Origin: Planctomycetota bacterium
GTDB taxonomy: Bacteria; Planctomycetota; JACQVV01; JASMLP01
Direction of reading: 5' to 3'
Assembly (NCBI GenBank): GCA_030748635.1
Contig: JASMLP010000049.1
Span: 285 to 64,284 of the forward strand
DNA length: 64,000 nucleotides
How positions within the stretch are numbered: position 1 is the stretch's first letter; every line of letters starts with the position of its first letter. The notes below the pieces were generated by a model. That model did no database searches. It was not told where the DNA came from and saw nothing but the letters and a program-made list of their open reading frames with translations. Positions 8,993-18,722 of the stretch are shown piece by piece. The translations under genes were made by a program, and so were the position numbers.

Positions 8993-10846
8993 ATGTCCAT
9001 CGATCGAGATTTGCTATTGGCTCGGCTTGCCGAGGAGCGAAGACTGGTGACGCATGACCAGGTGGTGGGCGCGCTGCGTCTTTTCGCCGAACCCCAAGCG
9101 CCTCGAGGCGCGCCGACCTTGGGTCACATTCTTGTGGAGCAAGGAGCGCTCACGGAGGCTCAGAGGTCGGATTTGGTCGAGGAACAGGGTCTCGAGGGAG
9201 AGCGAGCGTTCATCGAGGGGTACCGGATAGAGTGTCCGATTGCTCACGGTTCGATGGGTTCGGTGTACCGGGCTCGACACGAGAAGTCAGGTGAATTCGT
9301 GGCCCTCAAAATCCTGGCGGATCATGCGTTTTGTCGGTCGGACTCGATCTCTCGATTCTTGCGCGAAGCTCGTACCGCGTGTCGACTGGGTCACCCCAGT
9401 CTCGTGCAAGGTTATGAGGTCGGAGAGAAGGATGGACTTTATTACTATGCCATGGAACTCGTCGAGGGGAGAAACCTGGCCCAGGTCTTGCGAGAAGGCC
9501 CTCTCTCGGAGGAGGAATCCCTGTCGATCGTTCGTCAGGTGACTTCGGCGCTGGATCATGCCCATCGACACGGCTTTGTGCATCGAGACGTCAAACCCGC
9601 CAATATTCTTCTCACTCCGGAGGGGCAGGCGAAACTGGCGGATCTGGGGCTGGTGAAAAAGACTCAACCGGGCGATGTCTTTTCGACTCAAGTCGGTGCC
9701 ATTGTGGGAACTCCAAGTTATATGAGCCCGGAACAGGCGCGAGGCGAGATCGTGGATATACGTAGCGATCTGTATTCCCTGGGTATCAGTTTTTTTCATA
9801 TGGTGACGGGACATCCTCCTTTCCGTGACGCGGCACCCGTGGTGATCATGTCCGAGCACATTCAGTCGGAACTCCCACGAATACGACATTCGAGATCAGA
9901 TCTTTCGAGGGAGGTTCGCCGATTGATTCGCCGATTGTGCGAGAAGGATCCTTGTGACCGGCCTGAAAGCCCTGCCGCCTTGTTACGGGACCTCGATGGA
10001 CTTGAACGCTGGGTGCGGGTTGGGAGAGAGCAAGAGGTTTCTTCTTCTACCGAAGAGAGTTTGGGGCTTCTCGAGGGGCCCGGTCATGTGCTCACAGATT
10101 CCGAGATCGAATTTGCGCGCCGGGTGCTGGAACTGGGAGTCGTGGAGCGGGGCCGTTTTCTGGAGTGTCTGGATATTCAGAACCGGGAGGCTCGAATTGG
10201 GGAGGTGCGACAACTCAAGCAGGTTCTGGAGGAAAACGGTGGTCTTGATCGAGAGAGTTCGGAAAAAATATTTCGGCGGACTTTTCAGGGTTGTCGAAAC
10301 CGTACCGATGAGCGGTTCGGGGCTCTGGCGGTACGGTTGGGGTATATCACGGAAGACCAGCTGGAGCGCGCGCTGAAAATTCAGGACGAAAAGGGATCGG
10401 AGGAGGATCGTCACTCTCTGGGAGAAGTTCTGGTATCGCTCCGGATGATTCGCCTGACCGGGAAGATCGAAATTCTCGCTCACCAATATCGACGTGAGCG
10501 CTTGCAGGAAGATCGTCGTTTCGGCAAGATTGCAGTTCAGGCAGGGGTGGTTACTCGGATGGAATTGAAGCGTGCGATCCAGCTTCAAAAATCGGGTGAT
10601 TCAGATCTGCAGGACCGACCGCTGGGTGAGATCTTGTGTCGCAACGGAACGATGACGGGTCGTGAAGCGCGCGCCATCCTCTGGATTCAAAAACGACAAA
10701 GTTGTACGGGTGAGTCGGTTCCGGTCTTGATTTGCAAGTGGAACCAGAATGAGGCGGATGTGCGAAACACCAGAGCGAGCGAACCCCAGGCGATTCCGTC
10801 TGTGAGATCCTGCACCGTGTACGCGCGTGCAGGCCATGCCTACTAA
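8993..10846 (+). CDS. Ser/Thr protein kinase with N- and C-terminal MshEN/T2SSE_N-like repeats
   Basis: 617 aa. Kinase motifs are GSMGSVYRA, VALKIL, HRDVKPANILL, DLGLVK and SYMSPEQ. Flanking 24-residue repeats have the form xLGxxLVxxGxLxxxxLxxxLxxQ. Confidence 0.9.
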   Translation: MSIDRDLLLARLAEERRLVTHDQVVGALRLFAEPQAPRGAPTLGHILVEQGALTEAQRSDLVEEQGLEGERAFIEGYRIECPIAHGSMGSVYRARHEKSGEFVALKILADHAFCRSDSISRFLREARTACRLGHPSLVQGYEVGEKDGLYYYAMELVEGRNLAQVLREGPLSEEESLSIVRQVTSALDHAHRHGFVHRDVKPANILLTPEGQAKLADLGLVKKTQPGDVFSTQVGAIVGTPSYMSPEQARGEIVDIRSDLYSLGISFFHMVTGHPPFRDAAPVVIMSEHIQSELPRIRHSRSDLSREVRRLIRRLCEKDPCDRPESPAALLRDLDGLERWVRVGREQEVSSSTEESLGLLEGPGHVLTDSEIEFARRVLELGVVERGRFLECLDIQNREARIGEVRQLKQVLEENGGLDRESSEKIFRRTFQGCRNRTDERFGALAVRLGYITEDQLERALKIQDEKGSEEDRHSLGEVLVSLRMIRLTGKIEILAHQYRRERLQEDRRFGKIAVQAGVVTRMELKRAIQLQKSGDSDLQDRPLGEILCRNGTMTGREARAILWIQKRQSCTGESVPVLICKWNQNEADVRNTRASEPQAIPSVRSCTVYARAGHAY

Positions 10847-13535
10847 AGACGAACAACTTCTGGGTGAAATCGCTGTTCGTGAAGGCTTTCTGACTCGATC
10901 GCAGATCAGCAATTGCGTTCAGATTCAGCAACAGGCAGAGGTTTACAAACCGCTGGGAGCTTTGCTGGTGCAGGAAGGTTATCTGCACCCCGGGCAGTTG
11001 CATGCCGTGCTGGAGGTCCAGGCGGATCGGTATGTTCGGAGGAAAAGTCTGGAGCGAAAGCGAGATCACGACAGGATTTTCGCCAAGCTGGCAATCAGTC
11101 GTGATTTGTGCAGCTTTCAGGAGGTGAACGAATGCTTGAAGCTTCAGACGAGCAAGCAGAAAAAAGGGATCTACATTCCTCTTTCTCGTTTGATGATTAC
11201 CAAGGGAAACCTGACCTCAGGAGAGGTCAGAGAAATCCTGAAGATTCAGTATGGGGTGATTTTTTACTGTGACCGCTGTGAGCGTAGCTTCACCATTCCT
11301 CAGTATTCAGAGAAGAAAAGGTATAACTGTACGGCCTGTGGCGAAGTTCTGGAGGCTCAGTTCGATCTTGGAGAAGATCCTGATGATCTGGATTCAGAGG
11401 TTGGACAGAAAAGTCAACTCGATCCACTGCAGCCGGAGCCTCGGGAAGTCCGGCTGGGCCCCTATTTAGTTCGGAGTGAACTCGGGCGGGGCGCGATGGG
11501 GGTGGTGTACAAGGCCTGGGATGAGCGCCGGAAAATAGAGTTGGCGCTCAAGGTCTTGCCTGGAAATCTGACTCTGGATCTGGAAACGGTCCGGCGCTTT
11601 CAGCGAGAAGCTGAGGCTGTGTCGAGAGTTCATCACCCGGGCATCGTGAAAATCTTCGACGTTGGTGAACATGAAGGAACGCACTACTTCGGGATGGAGT
11701 TCGTCCCGGGCCAGAGTTTAGATTATCTGATCGATGAAGCTCAGGTGGATTTCGAAACCTCGGCGCGAATTGTTCAGAAGGCATCAGAGGCTGTGCATGA
11801 GGCTCACCGACACGGAATTATTCATCGAGACCTGAAGCCAGAAAATATCATCTATGATGGGGAAACGCGACGCGTTGTGGTGACAGACTTCGGGTTATCA
11901 CGACCGGTTCGTGCCGCCTCCTTGACGGCTAGTGGCGCGATTGTTGGGACACCGTGCTACATGAGTCCTGAGCAGGCACGCGGCCGAAGGGATGAAATCG
12001 ATGTGCGTTCGGATGTCTATAGCCTCGGAGCCACACTGTACGAGATGGTGACCTGCCAACTGCCGTTCGAGGGTGAAGATGTTCAGTTTCTGATCCGTCA
12101 GGTGATTCGAGATCACCCGGTTGCTCCACGGCGTCTCAACCCCAATATTCCTCGTGATCTCGAAGTGATGATTCTGAAGGCGATGGAAAAAAGTCCCGCG
12201 AATCGATATCAGACAGCGAAGGACCTCGCCGATGATCTGAAGCGGTGGCGTCAAGGAAAGAAGATCGTGGCTCGTCCACTTCCCTGGCCGCGACGACTCC
12301 TACGTTATCTTCGTCGTCATCGTGGACCTCTGATGATGGTATTCCTGGTTCAGTGCTTGTTGATGATGGTAGGCCTGGTTGTCCTCAATCGCGTGGATCG
12401 AAATCGTTTTGCGCACTCACTGGAAAAGCGTGACCAGCAGTATCATCAGGAAATTCTTCGTGAGAGACGGAGGGCTCAGCAGTTTCAGGATTCTCTGGAA
12501 AAAGTTCGTGAGAAATCTTTTCATTTCGAGGGCGAGTCTCGTCGGTTGCGGTATCAGGCTCGGGTGGCCGAGGGGCGATTGTTTCTGGTTCGCGGGAAGA
12601 TCGAGTCAGCTCGGAGCCGTTTTCTCGAAGCGGTTCAGTTGCTGCCTGGTCGGGTTGACGCCCATCTGGAGCTTGCTGATCTATACGGGCACCTGGGCGA
12701 CTTCGGCCGGGCGCGCCGTTCTCTCGAGGAGGTTTTGGCGGCGCGACCGGATTCAGGGGAAGCGAGGGTACGGTTAGCAAAAGTCTTTCTGGAGGGGCTT
12801 GGGGAGCCTGGGCCGGCACTCGAGCAAGCTCGTGAGGGGTGTCGTCTGAGACCGACAGATCCGGAAGCTCTTTCTGTATTGGGGATCGCGGCTCTTGCCG
12901 CGGGAAGTTCTCGGGACCTGAAACGGTCTGCGCGTCTTTTCGCTTCGTGTGAGGTTGGGGAGGGAAGGCGTTGGGGAGGAGAATCGTATCGTTTGTTGTT
13001 TCTTGCTCGAGTCCGGACGACGGTTCGAGTCTTGGCAGCGGGAGAAACTTTTGGTGATCAAGGTTTGTCTTCTCTTCCTTTTTGGAAAGATGTCGAGGAG
13101 GGGATACGTAATCGCAAGTTGGGTCGATTGGAACTCGCTGCTCGTCTTCTCGAGAGGGCTTGCGGGAGGCGAGGAAAGGACCCTTCGGTCTGGGCCATGT
13201 ACTGGTTGGCGTTGGTCGAGTCGGAGCGTGGACGTTGGGGAGCTTCCAAGGAGACTCTCGATCGCGCGCTTGGGTTGGACTCGAGGCACCCACTTCTTTT
13301 GATGCTCCGCGCGCGCTATCACCTGGAGAAGGAGAAGTTGAATCTTGCCAGGAGAGATCTCGAGCAGGTGATGACCGAATCGCCTCACTACGCGGAGGCG
13401 TTGGAGTTGATGATCCGAGTTTATCACCGACTCGGTGAAGAGGAGGCGGCACTCCGCTCTTTGGAGCGATTGGGGAAGTTGGTCCCCGATTACCAGCAAC
13501 TTTCGAACCTACGAAGGCTCCTAAATCAGGAATAA
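10827..13535 (+). CDS. Ser/Thr protein kinase with MshEN-like repeats, a zinc ribbon, a kinase domain, a TM helix and TPR repeats
   Basis: 902 aa, overlapping the previous kinase by 20 nt. Features are CDRCERSF...CTACGEVL, GAMGVVYKA, HRDLKPENIIY, DFGLSR, a TM helix (LMMVFLVQCLLMMVGLVVL) and a TPR-like C-terminus. Confidence 0.9.
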   Translation: MQAMPTKDEQLLGEIAVREGFLTRSQISNCVQIQQQAEVYKPLGALLVQEGYLHPGQLHAVLEVQADRYVRRKSLERKRDHDRIFAKLAISRDLCSFQEVNECLKLQTSKQKKGIYIPLSRLMITKGNLTSGEVREILKIQYGVIFYCDRCERSFTIPQYSEKKRYNCTACGEVLEAQFDLGEDPDDLDSEVGQKSQLDPLQPEPREVRLGPYLVRSELGRGAMGVVYKAWDERRKIELALKVLPGNLTLDLETVRRFQREAEAVSRVHHPGIVKIFDVGEHEGTHYFGMEFVPGQSLDYLIDEAQVDFETSARIVQKASEAVHEAHRHGIIHRDLKPENIIYDGETRRVVVTDFGLSRPVRAASLTASGAIVGTPCYMSPEQARGRRDEIDVRSDVYSLGATLYEMVTCQLPFEGEDVQFLIRQVIRDHPVAPRRLNPNIPRDLEVMILKAMEKSPANRYQTAKDLADDLKRWRQGKKIVARPLPWPRRLLRYLRRHRGPLMMVFLVQCLLMMVGLVVLNRVDRNRFAHSLEKRDQQYHQEILRERRRAQQFQDSLEKVREKSFHFEGESRRLRYQARVAEGRLFLVRGKIESARSRFLEAVQLLPGRVDAHLELADLYGHLGDFGRARRSLEEVLAARPDSGEARVRLAKVFLEGLGEPGPALEQAREGCRLRPTDPEALSVLGIAALAAGSSRDLKRSARLFASCEVGEGRRWGGESYRLLFLARVRTTVRVLAAGETFGDQGLSSLPFWKDVEEGIRNRKLGRLELAARLLERACGRRGKDPSVWAMYWLALVESERGRWGASKETLDRALGLDSRHPLLLMLRARYHLEKEKLNLARRDLEQVMTESPHYAEALELMIRVYHRLGEEEAALRSLERLGKLVPDYQQLSNLRRLLNQE

Positions 13536-13548
13536 GCTCAAAAATTTC

Positions 13549-13576
13549 TTGATGGTCGATTCGGCATTACTATACT
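13549..13576 (+). promoter_or_regulatory. Candidate sigma70-type promoter of the tRNA-tuf transcription unit
   Basis: TTGATG (13549-13554), a 16-nt spacer, then TATACT (13571-13576). It lies about 70 nt upstream of the first tRNA. Confidence 0.4.
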
Positions 13577-13647
13577 TTCGTCTTTCCATCTGAACCGTCA
13601 GGCTTTGCTATCGGTTTGATAGGAGAGAAATATCGGGTTTTGATGTT

Positions 13648-13719
13648 GCTAGCGTAGCTCAACGGTAGAGCTTCCGCCTTGTAAGCGGATGGTTGTGGGT
13701 TCGATTCCCTCCGCTAGCT
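13648..13719 (+). tRNA. tRNA-Thr (anticodon TGT)
   Basis: A cloverleaf was folded by hand: acceptor gctagcg/cgctagc, anticodon stem tccgc/gcgga, loop cttgtaa, T-loop ttcgatt. There is one T-T mismatch in the T stem and no encoded CCA. Confidence 0.85.
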
Positions 13720-13747
13720 TTTGATTTTAAAATACTTAGGTCTGTTT

Positions 13748-13829
13748 GGGGAGATGCCAGAGCGGTCAAATGGGGCGGGCTGTAAACCCGTTGGCTTTGC
13801 CTACACAGGTTCGAATCCTGTTCTCCCCA
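13748..13829 (+). tRNA. tRNA-Tyr (anticodon GTA), class II with a long variable arm
   Basis: Sequence ggggagatgccagagcggtcaaatggggcgggctgtaaacccgttggctttgcctacacaggttcgaatcctgttctcccca, with anticodon loop ctgtaaa. Confidence 0.88.
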
Positions 13830-13851
13830 TCCATTTTGATTCCAGATACTT

Positions 13852-13925
13852 GCGGGCGTAGCTCAACGGTAGAGCCCTGGCCTTCCAAGCCAGTTGTGTG
13901 GGTTCGATTCCCATCGCCCGCTCCA
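13852..13925 (+). tRNA. tRNA-Gly (anticodon TCC)
   Basis: Sequence gcgggcgtagctcaacggtagagccctggccttccaagccag...ggttcgattcccatcgcccgctcca, with loop cttccaa and an encoded CCA. Confidence 0.9.
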
Positions 13926-14002
13926 TTCCGAAATTCTTGAATAGCAGGGGCTTGACTCTGTGGGCCGGGGTCCGTAACATTCCCGGCTTCGCCTGACAAT
14001 TT

Positions 14003-14078
14003 GCTGCTGTAGCTCAGCTGGTAGAGCACGTCCTTGGTAAGGACGAGGCCGTGGGTTCGAGTCCCATCAGCAGCTCCA
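14003..14078 (+). tRNA. tRNA-Thr (anticodon GGT)
   Basis: Sequence gctgctgtagctcagctggtagagcacgtccttggtaaggacgaggccgtgggttcgagtcccatcagcagctcca, with loop ttggtaa and an encoded CCA. Confidence 0.92.
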
Positions 14079-14183
14079 GTGTGGCATGTTGTCGGGTGAC
14101 GAGCTTTTGTTTTCAGTAAATACGTTTTCCAAAAATACCAAGAGATCAGGCACGAATTTTTTAGGTAGGAGAGGCATAAAGCC

Positions 14184-15374
14184 ATGGCGAAGGAGAAATT
14201 CGAGCGGAATAAACCGCACGTGAACATCGGGACCATCGGGCACGTCGACCACGGGAAGACGACCCTGACGGCAGCTATTACCAAAACTCAAGCGAACAAA
14301 GGGCTGGGTGAAATCCGCGATTTCGATTCGATCGATAACGCGCCGGAAGAGCGTGAACGTGGTATCACGATCGCGACCGCGCATGTCGAGTACGAAACGG
14401 AAGCTCGGCATTACGCGCATGTTGACTGCCCAGGGCACGCGGACTATGTCAAGAACATGATCACAGGTGCCGCCCAGATGGACGGCGCGATCTTGGTGGT
14501 TGCGGGAACTGACGGTCCGATGCCCCAGACTCGCGAACACATCTTGCTTGCGCGTCAGGTGGGTGTGCCGGCGATTGTGGTTTACATCAACAAGTGCGAC
14601 ATGGTGGACGATCCCGAATTGCTCGAGCTGGTTGAGATGGAGTTGCGTGAGCTGCTCAGCCAATACGAGTTCCCCGGGGACGACATTCCGATCATTCTGG
14701 GCTCGGCTCTCAAGTCTCTCGAGGGAGAAGACAGTGAAGTCGGTATTCAGTCGATTCAGAAGCTCATGGAAGCTTGCGACAGTTTCATTCCGGATCCGGT
14801 CCGGGAGCTCGAGTTGCCCTTCCAGATGCCGATCGAAGACGTCTTCAGTATCAAGGGTCGTGGGACCGTCGCCACGGGTCGTGTTGAGCAGGGGATCGTG
14901 CGTATCGGTGACGATGTCGAGATCGTGGGAATCCGAGATACATCCAAGACAACGGTTACCGGTGTCGAAATGTTCAAGAAAGAGCTCGATGAAGGTCAGG
15001 CAGGCGACAACGTCGGCATTCTTCTTCGGGGCATCAAGAAGGAGGACATCGAGCGGGGGCAGGTGATTGCCAAGCCCGGATCGATCACTCCTCACAAAAA
15101 GTTCAAAGGTGAGGTCTATGTTCTCACCAAAGATGAAGGGGGGCGCCACAAGCCTTTCTTTACCGGGTATCGTCCGCAGTTCTACTTCCGTACGACCGAT
15201 GTGACCGGCACCACCTGCCTTCCCGACGGGGTCGAAATGGTGATGCCTGGTGATAACGTCACCATGGAAATCGAACTCCTCACTCCGGTCGCCATGGACC
15301 TCCAGTTGCGTTTCGCGATTCGCGAAGGTGGCCGGACAGTCGGGGCGGGCGTAGTGGCGGAAATCCTGGAATAA
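14184..15374 (+). CDS. tuf: Elongation factor Tu
   Basis: The 396-aa sequence [33 protein letters not shown]...DCPGHADY...NKCD is unmistakably EF-Tu. Confidence 0.99.
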   Translation: MAKEKFERNKPHVNIGTIGHVDHGKTTLTAAITKTQANKGLGEIRDFDSIDNAPEERERGITIATAHVEYETEARHYAHVDCPGHADYVKNMITGAAQMDGAILVVAGTDGPMPQTREHILLARQVGVPAIVVYINKCDMVDDPELLELVEMELRELLSQYEFPGDDIPIILGSALKSLEGEDSEVGIQSIQKLMEACDSFIPDPVRELELPFQMPIEDVFSIKGRGTVATGRVEQGIVRIGDDVEIVGIRDTSKTTVTGVEMFKKELDEGQAGDNVGILLRGIKKEDIERGQVIAKPGSITPHKKFKGEVYVLTKDEGGRHKPFFTGYRPQFYFRTTDVTGTTCLPDGVEMVMPGDNVTMEIELLTPVAMDLQLRFAIREGGRTVGAGVVAEILE

Positions 15375-15385
15375 CATCCTACACT

Positions 15386-15427
15386 CAGTTCGGGGCGGAG
15401 TTCTCTTCGGCCCGAACTGTTATTTTG
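15386..15427 (+). terminator. Intrinsic terminator/attenuator after tuf
   Basis: A cagttcggg...cccgaactg stem is followed by ttatttt, directly after the tuf stop codon. Confidence 0.6.
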
Positions 15428-15438
15428 AGAATAGAGCT

Positions 15439-15597
15439 ATGGCCAGAGAGTTTTTCAGTCTCGAGTGCACACAATGCAAGCGGCGAAATTATCGAACCCC
15501 TCGTCAAACCAGGGGAGGGACCAAGCTAGAGCTCAAGAAGTTCTGCAAGCATAAGGATTGTCGAACGCACACTCTCCACAAGGAGAAGAAGAAGTGA
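15439..15597 (+). CDS. rpmG: 50S ribosomal protein L33 (Zn-binding C+ form)
   Basis: Found by hand, because it is below the ORF-track length cut-off. Sequence is MAREFFSLECTQCKRRNYRTPRQTRGGTKLELKKFCKHKDCRTHTLHKEKKK. It has CxxC...CxxC and sits in the canonical position between tuf and secE. Confidence 0.9.
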   Translation: MAREFFSLECTQCKRRNYRTPRQTRGGTKLELKKFCKHKDCRTHTLHKEKKK

Positions 15598-15600
15598 GCG

Positions 15601-15676
15601 AGGCCTGTAGCTCAATTGGCAGAGCACCTGATTCCAAATCAGGCGGTTGGGGGTTCAAGTCCCTCCAGGCCTGCCA
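15601..15676 (+). tRNA. tRNA-Trp (anticodon CCA)
   Basis: Sequence aggcctgtagctcaattggcagagcacctgattccaaatcaggcggttgggggttcaagtccctccaggcctgcca, with loop ttccaaa and an encoded CCA. Confidence 0.92.
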
Positions 15677-15727
15677 TCGCGCCGATGGTTGTTGGTTCGA
15701 GTCTATACGGAACCGAGATTAGAAAAG

Positions 15728-16204
15728 ATGGAGTTGTACAAGCCAGGTCAGGGCATGGTGGTGAGGCGTCTTCTTCTGTTGACGATTCTGGGGATCGGTC
15801 TGTTCATGTCGGTCTCGATGTGGTCGTGGATGGTGGCTGCGGCTGGAAGTGCGGAAGCGACACTTCTTTGGATGCCAGCCGAATGGCTGGGCCAGTCGCT
15901 TGTGGGCGAGGGTACTTTTCTCGGCTTTGAGGTGACGCCGGCGCTTCTGATCTCGATTGTTGTGTTCGGGCTCGTGGTGTTTTTGGCGACTTTCTATACG
16001 TTCCAGAAGACTTCGACCGGTGAATTTCTTATCGAAACCGATAAGGAGATGCGCAAGGTTTCGTGGCCTACCTGGGGTGAACTGAGAGGCTCTTCTGTTG
16101 TCGTGGTGATCGTGACCGTCTTTTTGGGCGTCTATCTCTATGTCATCGACCAGGTGTTGGCGAGGGTCATGTACTTTTTAACTAACTTGGGGGGTTCGGC
16201 GTGA
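15728..16204 (+). CDS. secE: Preprotein translocase subunit SecE (three-TM form)
   Basis: The track ORF 15647..16204 overlaps tRNA-Trp, so I trimmed it to the in-frame ATG at 15728 (MELYKPGQGMVVRRLLLL...). The conserved C-terminal part is KEMRKVSWPTWGELRGSSVVVVIVTVFLGVYLYVID. It lies upstream of nusG. Confidence 0.85.
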   Translation: MELYKPGQGMVVRRLLLLTILGIGLFMSVSMWSWMVAAAGSAEATLLWMPAEWLGQSLVGEGTFLGFEVTPALLISIVVFGLVVFLATFYTFQKTSTGEFLIETDKEMRKVSWPTWGELRGSSVVVVIVTVFLGVYLYVIDQVLARVMYFLTNLGGSA

Positions 16205-16929
16205 TGAGCGAACTCGAAAAACCGGGTGACGATACGGCGACTGCGGGAGCCGAAGCTGCGGTTGAATCTTCTGTTTCTGAGGAAACCGTCGCTCCGACGG
16301 AAGCTGCCGCTCCTGCGGAAGCTGCCGAGGTGGCGGAGCCGATGGTCGAAGGTGCTGGTGCTGAAGAGGCCGCGCCTGCGGAGCCCGCTCCCAGGGATGA
16401 CCTGGAATGGTATGTGTTGCGTGTGCAGGCTGGCCGAGAAAACACGGTTCAGAAACATCTTCATCGTCGAATCAAGACCGATGGATATGAGGATCGCATC
16501 ACCCAGGTTCTTGTGCCCTCGGAGATGGTGACCGAGATGAAGGCCGGCAAGAAGCGGGTCGAGAAGAAAAAGATATTTCCTGGATATGTCATGGTCGAAA
16601 TGGTGCTCGATGATGAGGTGCTCTATTTCGTCAAGGGAACTCCAGGAGTTGGTGATTTTATCGGTTCCGGCGGGCGACCAGATCCCTTGCCGGAGCACGA
16701 GGTCGAAAAGATGCTCGGGATGTCCGAGCAGGCGAAGAATGAAGAGCCCAAGCTCAAGATCAATTTTCAAAAAGGTCAGAGCGTTAAAATCAAGCAGGGC
16801 GCCTTCGAAGATTTCAACGGTGTTGTCGAGGATATCAATGAGGGGAAGGGGACGATTTCGGTCATTGTGACCATTTTCGGACGCGCGACTCCTCTGGAGC
16901 TCGAGTACTGGGAGGTTGAGCCTCTCTAG
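16204..16929 (+). CDS. nusG: Transcription termination/antitermination factor NusG with an acidic Ala/Glu-rich N-terminal extension
   Basis: WYVLRVQAGRENTVQKHL starts the NGN domain, and a C-terminal KOW is present (GQSVKIKQGAFEDFNGVVEDI). The start overlaps the secE stop (TGATG). The first ~65 aa are low-complexity. Confidence 0.93.
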   Translation: MSELEKPGDDTATAGAEAAVESSVSEETVAPTEAAAPAEAAEVAEPMVEGAGAEEAAPAEPAPRDDLEWYVLRVQAGRENTVQKHLHRRIKTDGYEDRITQVLVPSEMVTEMKAGKKRVEKKKIFPGYVMVEMVLDDEVLYFVKGTPGVGDFIGSGGRPDPLPEHEVEKMLGMSEQAKNEEPKLKINFQKGQSVKIKQGAFEDFNGVVEDINEGKGTISVIVTIFGRATPLELEYWEVEPL

Positions 16930-16941
16930 GCGAGGAAAGTC

Positions 16942-17373
16942 ATGGCAGATAAGCCCGTACAAGCAAAAATCAAGCTTCAGGTCGAGGGGGGCAATGCGAC
17001 TCCTCAGCCGCCGGTCGGTCCTGCGTTGGGGCAACACGGCGTGAACCTGATGGAGTTCATTAATCAGTTTAATGAGCGGACCAAGGAGAAGAAGGGCTGG
17101 ATTATTCCGGTCGAGATCTCTGTCTTCAAGGACCGTTCGTTCGAGTTCATTACCAAGAGCCCACCCGCTTCTGCGTTGTTGAAGCGTGCGGCAGAGATCG
17201 CCAAGGGAAGTGGTGTTCCGAATCGAGAGAAGGTTGGGAAGATCACGCGAGAGATCGTTGAGGGAATTGCAAAAGAGAAGATGGAAGATCTCAATGCCAA
17301 TAATCTTGAAGGCGCTATGCGTCAGATCGAGGGCACGGCTCGAAGCATGGGAATTGAGGTCGTCGACGCGTAA
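16942..17373 (+). CDS. rplK: 50S ribosomal protein L11
   Basis: [31 protein letters not shown] is the canonical uL11 signature. Confidence 0.98.
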   Translation: MADKPVQAKIKLQVEGGNATPQPPVGPALGQHGVNLMEFINQFNERTKEKKGWIIPVEISVFKDRSFEFITKSPPASALLKRAAEIAKGSGVPNREKVGKITREIVEGIAKEKMEDLNANNLEGAMRQIEGTARSMGIEVVDA

Positions 17374-17385
17374 GGCGAATAGATC

Positions 17386-18066
17386 ATGAAGAAACACGGA
17401 AAACGATTTCGAAAGAGTGCCGAACTGGTCGAGTCGGGGGTGCGTTATTCCATCCCGGACGCGGTTCGGATTCTGAAGCAGTTCGAAGGGGCTAAATTCG
17501 ACGAAACGGTCGAGGTGGTCATGCGTTTGGGGATCGATCCCAAGCGGGCGGATCAGTTGATTCGGGGAACCATTATTTTGCCCAAGGGCACGGGGAAAAC
17601 CGCTCGAGTGCTGGTATTTGCCGAGGGGGCCAAGGCGGAAGAGGCTCAAGAGGCTGGGGCGGATTTTGTCGGCTCCGAGGATCTGGTCAAGAAAATCGAG
17701 GGGGGATGGCTCGACTTTGATGTCGCTCTGGCTTCGCCGGACATGATGCGCAAGGTCGGTAAGTTGGGTCGTGTGCTCGGCCCGCACGGCAAAATGCCCA
17801 GCCCGAAATCTGGAACCCTGACTGATAACCTTGCGCAATCGGTCAAGGAGTTCAAAGGCGGAAAGATCGAGTTTCGTAATGACGATACCGGGAATGTTCA
17901 CGTGCCGGTCGGGAAGAAGGCTTTCTCGGCTGAAGACCTCGTTGCCAATATCGAGGCGTTTGTGAACCACATCGGTGGTCTCAGGCCTCCAGCGGCCAAA
18001 GGGATTTATATTCAAAATGTTTCCGTCTCCACCACGATGGGGCCGGGGATCAGCCTGGCGATCTGA
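17386..18066 (+). CDS. rplA: 50S ribosomal protein L1
   Basis: [34 protein letters not shown] is canonical uL1. Confidence 0.98.
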   Translation: MKKHGKRFRKSAELVESGVRYSIPDAVRILKQFEGAKFDETVEVVMRLGIDPKRADQLIRGTIILPKGTGKTARVLVFAEGAKAEEAQEAGADFVGSEDLVKKIEGGWLDFDVALASPDMMRKVGKLGRVLGPHGKMPSPKSGTLTDNLAQSVKEFKGGKIEFRNDDTGNVHVPVGKKAFSAEDLVANIEAFVNHIGGLRPPAAKGIYIQNVSVSTTMGPGISLAI

Positions 18067-18093
18067 TCGGCAGGAAATTTAGGAATCAGAATC

Positions 18094-18615
18094 ATGCCCA
18101 ATTTCATCAATCTAAGAATGAGAGCCGAGTTCGAGAAAGAGTTCTCTGGGCTCGACAATTTCTTCTTCGTCGACTATCGGGGAATGAATTCCACCGAGAC
18201 GGTCACGGTTCGCAATGGGTTGCGTTCCGAGAGCGTTCAGTTTCGGGTGATCAAGAATTCCCTGGTCGAGCATGCATTGGGGGAGAGGGCCGTCGAGTCG
18301 GTGCGGACATGCCTGAAGGGGCCCACCGCGATCTGCTACAGCCTGGACTCGGACCCCGTTTCGGTGGCCAAGAGTCTCACCGGCTGGGCGAAAAAAGTGG
18401 ACGCAATGGAGGTCAAGGGGGGAGTGCTTGGAGAACAGGCTCTGAGTGCCGACGAGGTGGTTCGCCTCTCTCGTGTTCCTTCCCGAGAAGAATTGCTCTC
18501 GATGCTCGTTTCTGGAATCCAGGCTCCTCTTTCTGGGCTTGCAAACTGTCTGCAGGGGCCACTCACGGGTATGGCTCGTATTCTCGCTGCCGTTCGTGAT
18601 CAGAAGGAAGCGTGA
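18094..18615 (+). CDS. rplJ: 50S ribosomal protein L10
   Basis: 173 aa with uL10-like sequence, positioned between rplA and rplL. Confidence 0.93.
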   Translation: MPNFINLRMRAEFEKEFSGLDNFFFVDYRGMNSTETVTVRNGLRSESVQFRVIKNSLVEHALGERAVESVRTCLKGPTAICYSLDSDPVSVAKSLTGWAKKVDAMEVKGGVLGEQALSADEVVRLSRVPSREELLSMLVSGIQAPLSGLANCLQGPLTGMARILAAVRDQKEA

Positions 18616-18722
18616 TCGGAGTCGACCTGAAAGCAAAATAATACAAACCGAATCGGGTGTCGCCCGTTTCGATAATCGAAAATCATCCCAATCCAAATAA
18701 CTTAAAGTAGTGTAGGTGAATC

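Noticed and set aside
12385-13499. 355-aa and 241-aa minus-strand ORFs opposite the TPR region of the 902-aa kinase.
   Set aside because: They are antisense to a continuous, motif-bearing kinase-TPR ORF. The translations are Pro/Arg/Ser-rich and low-complexity.
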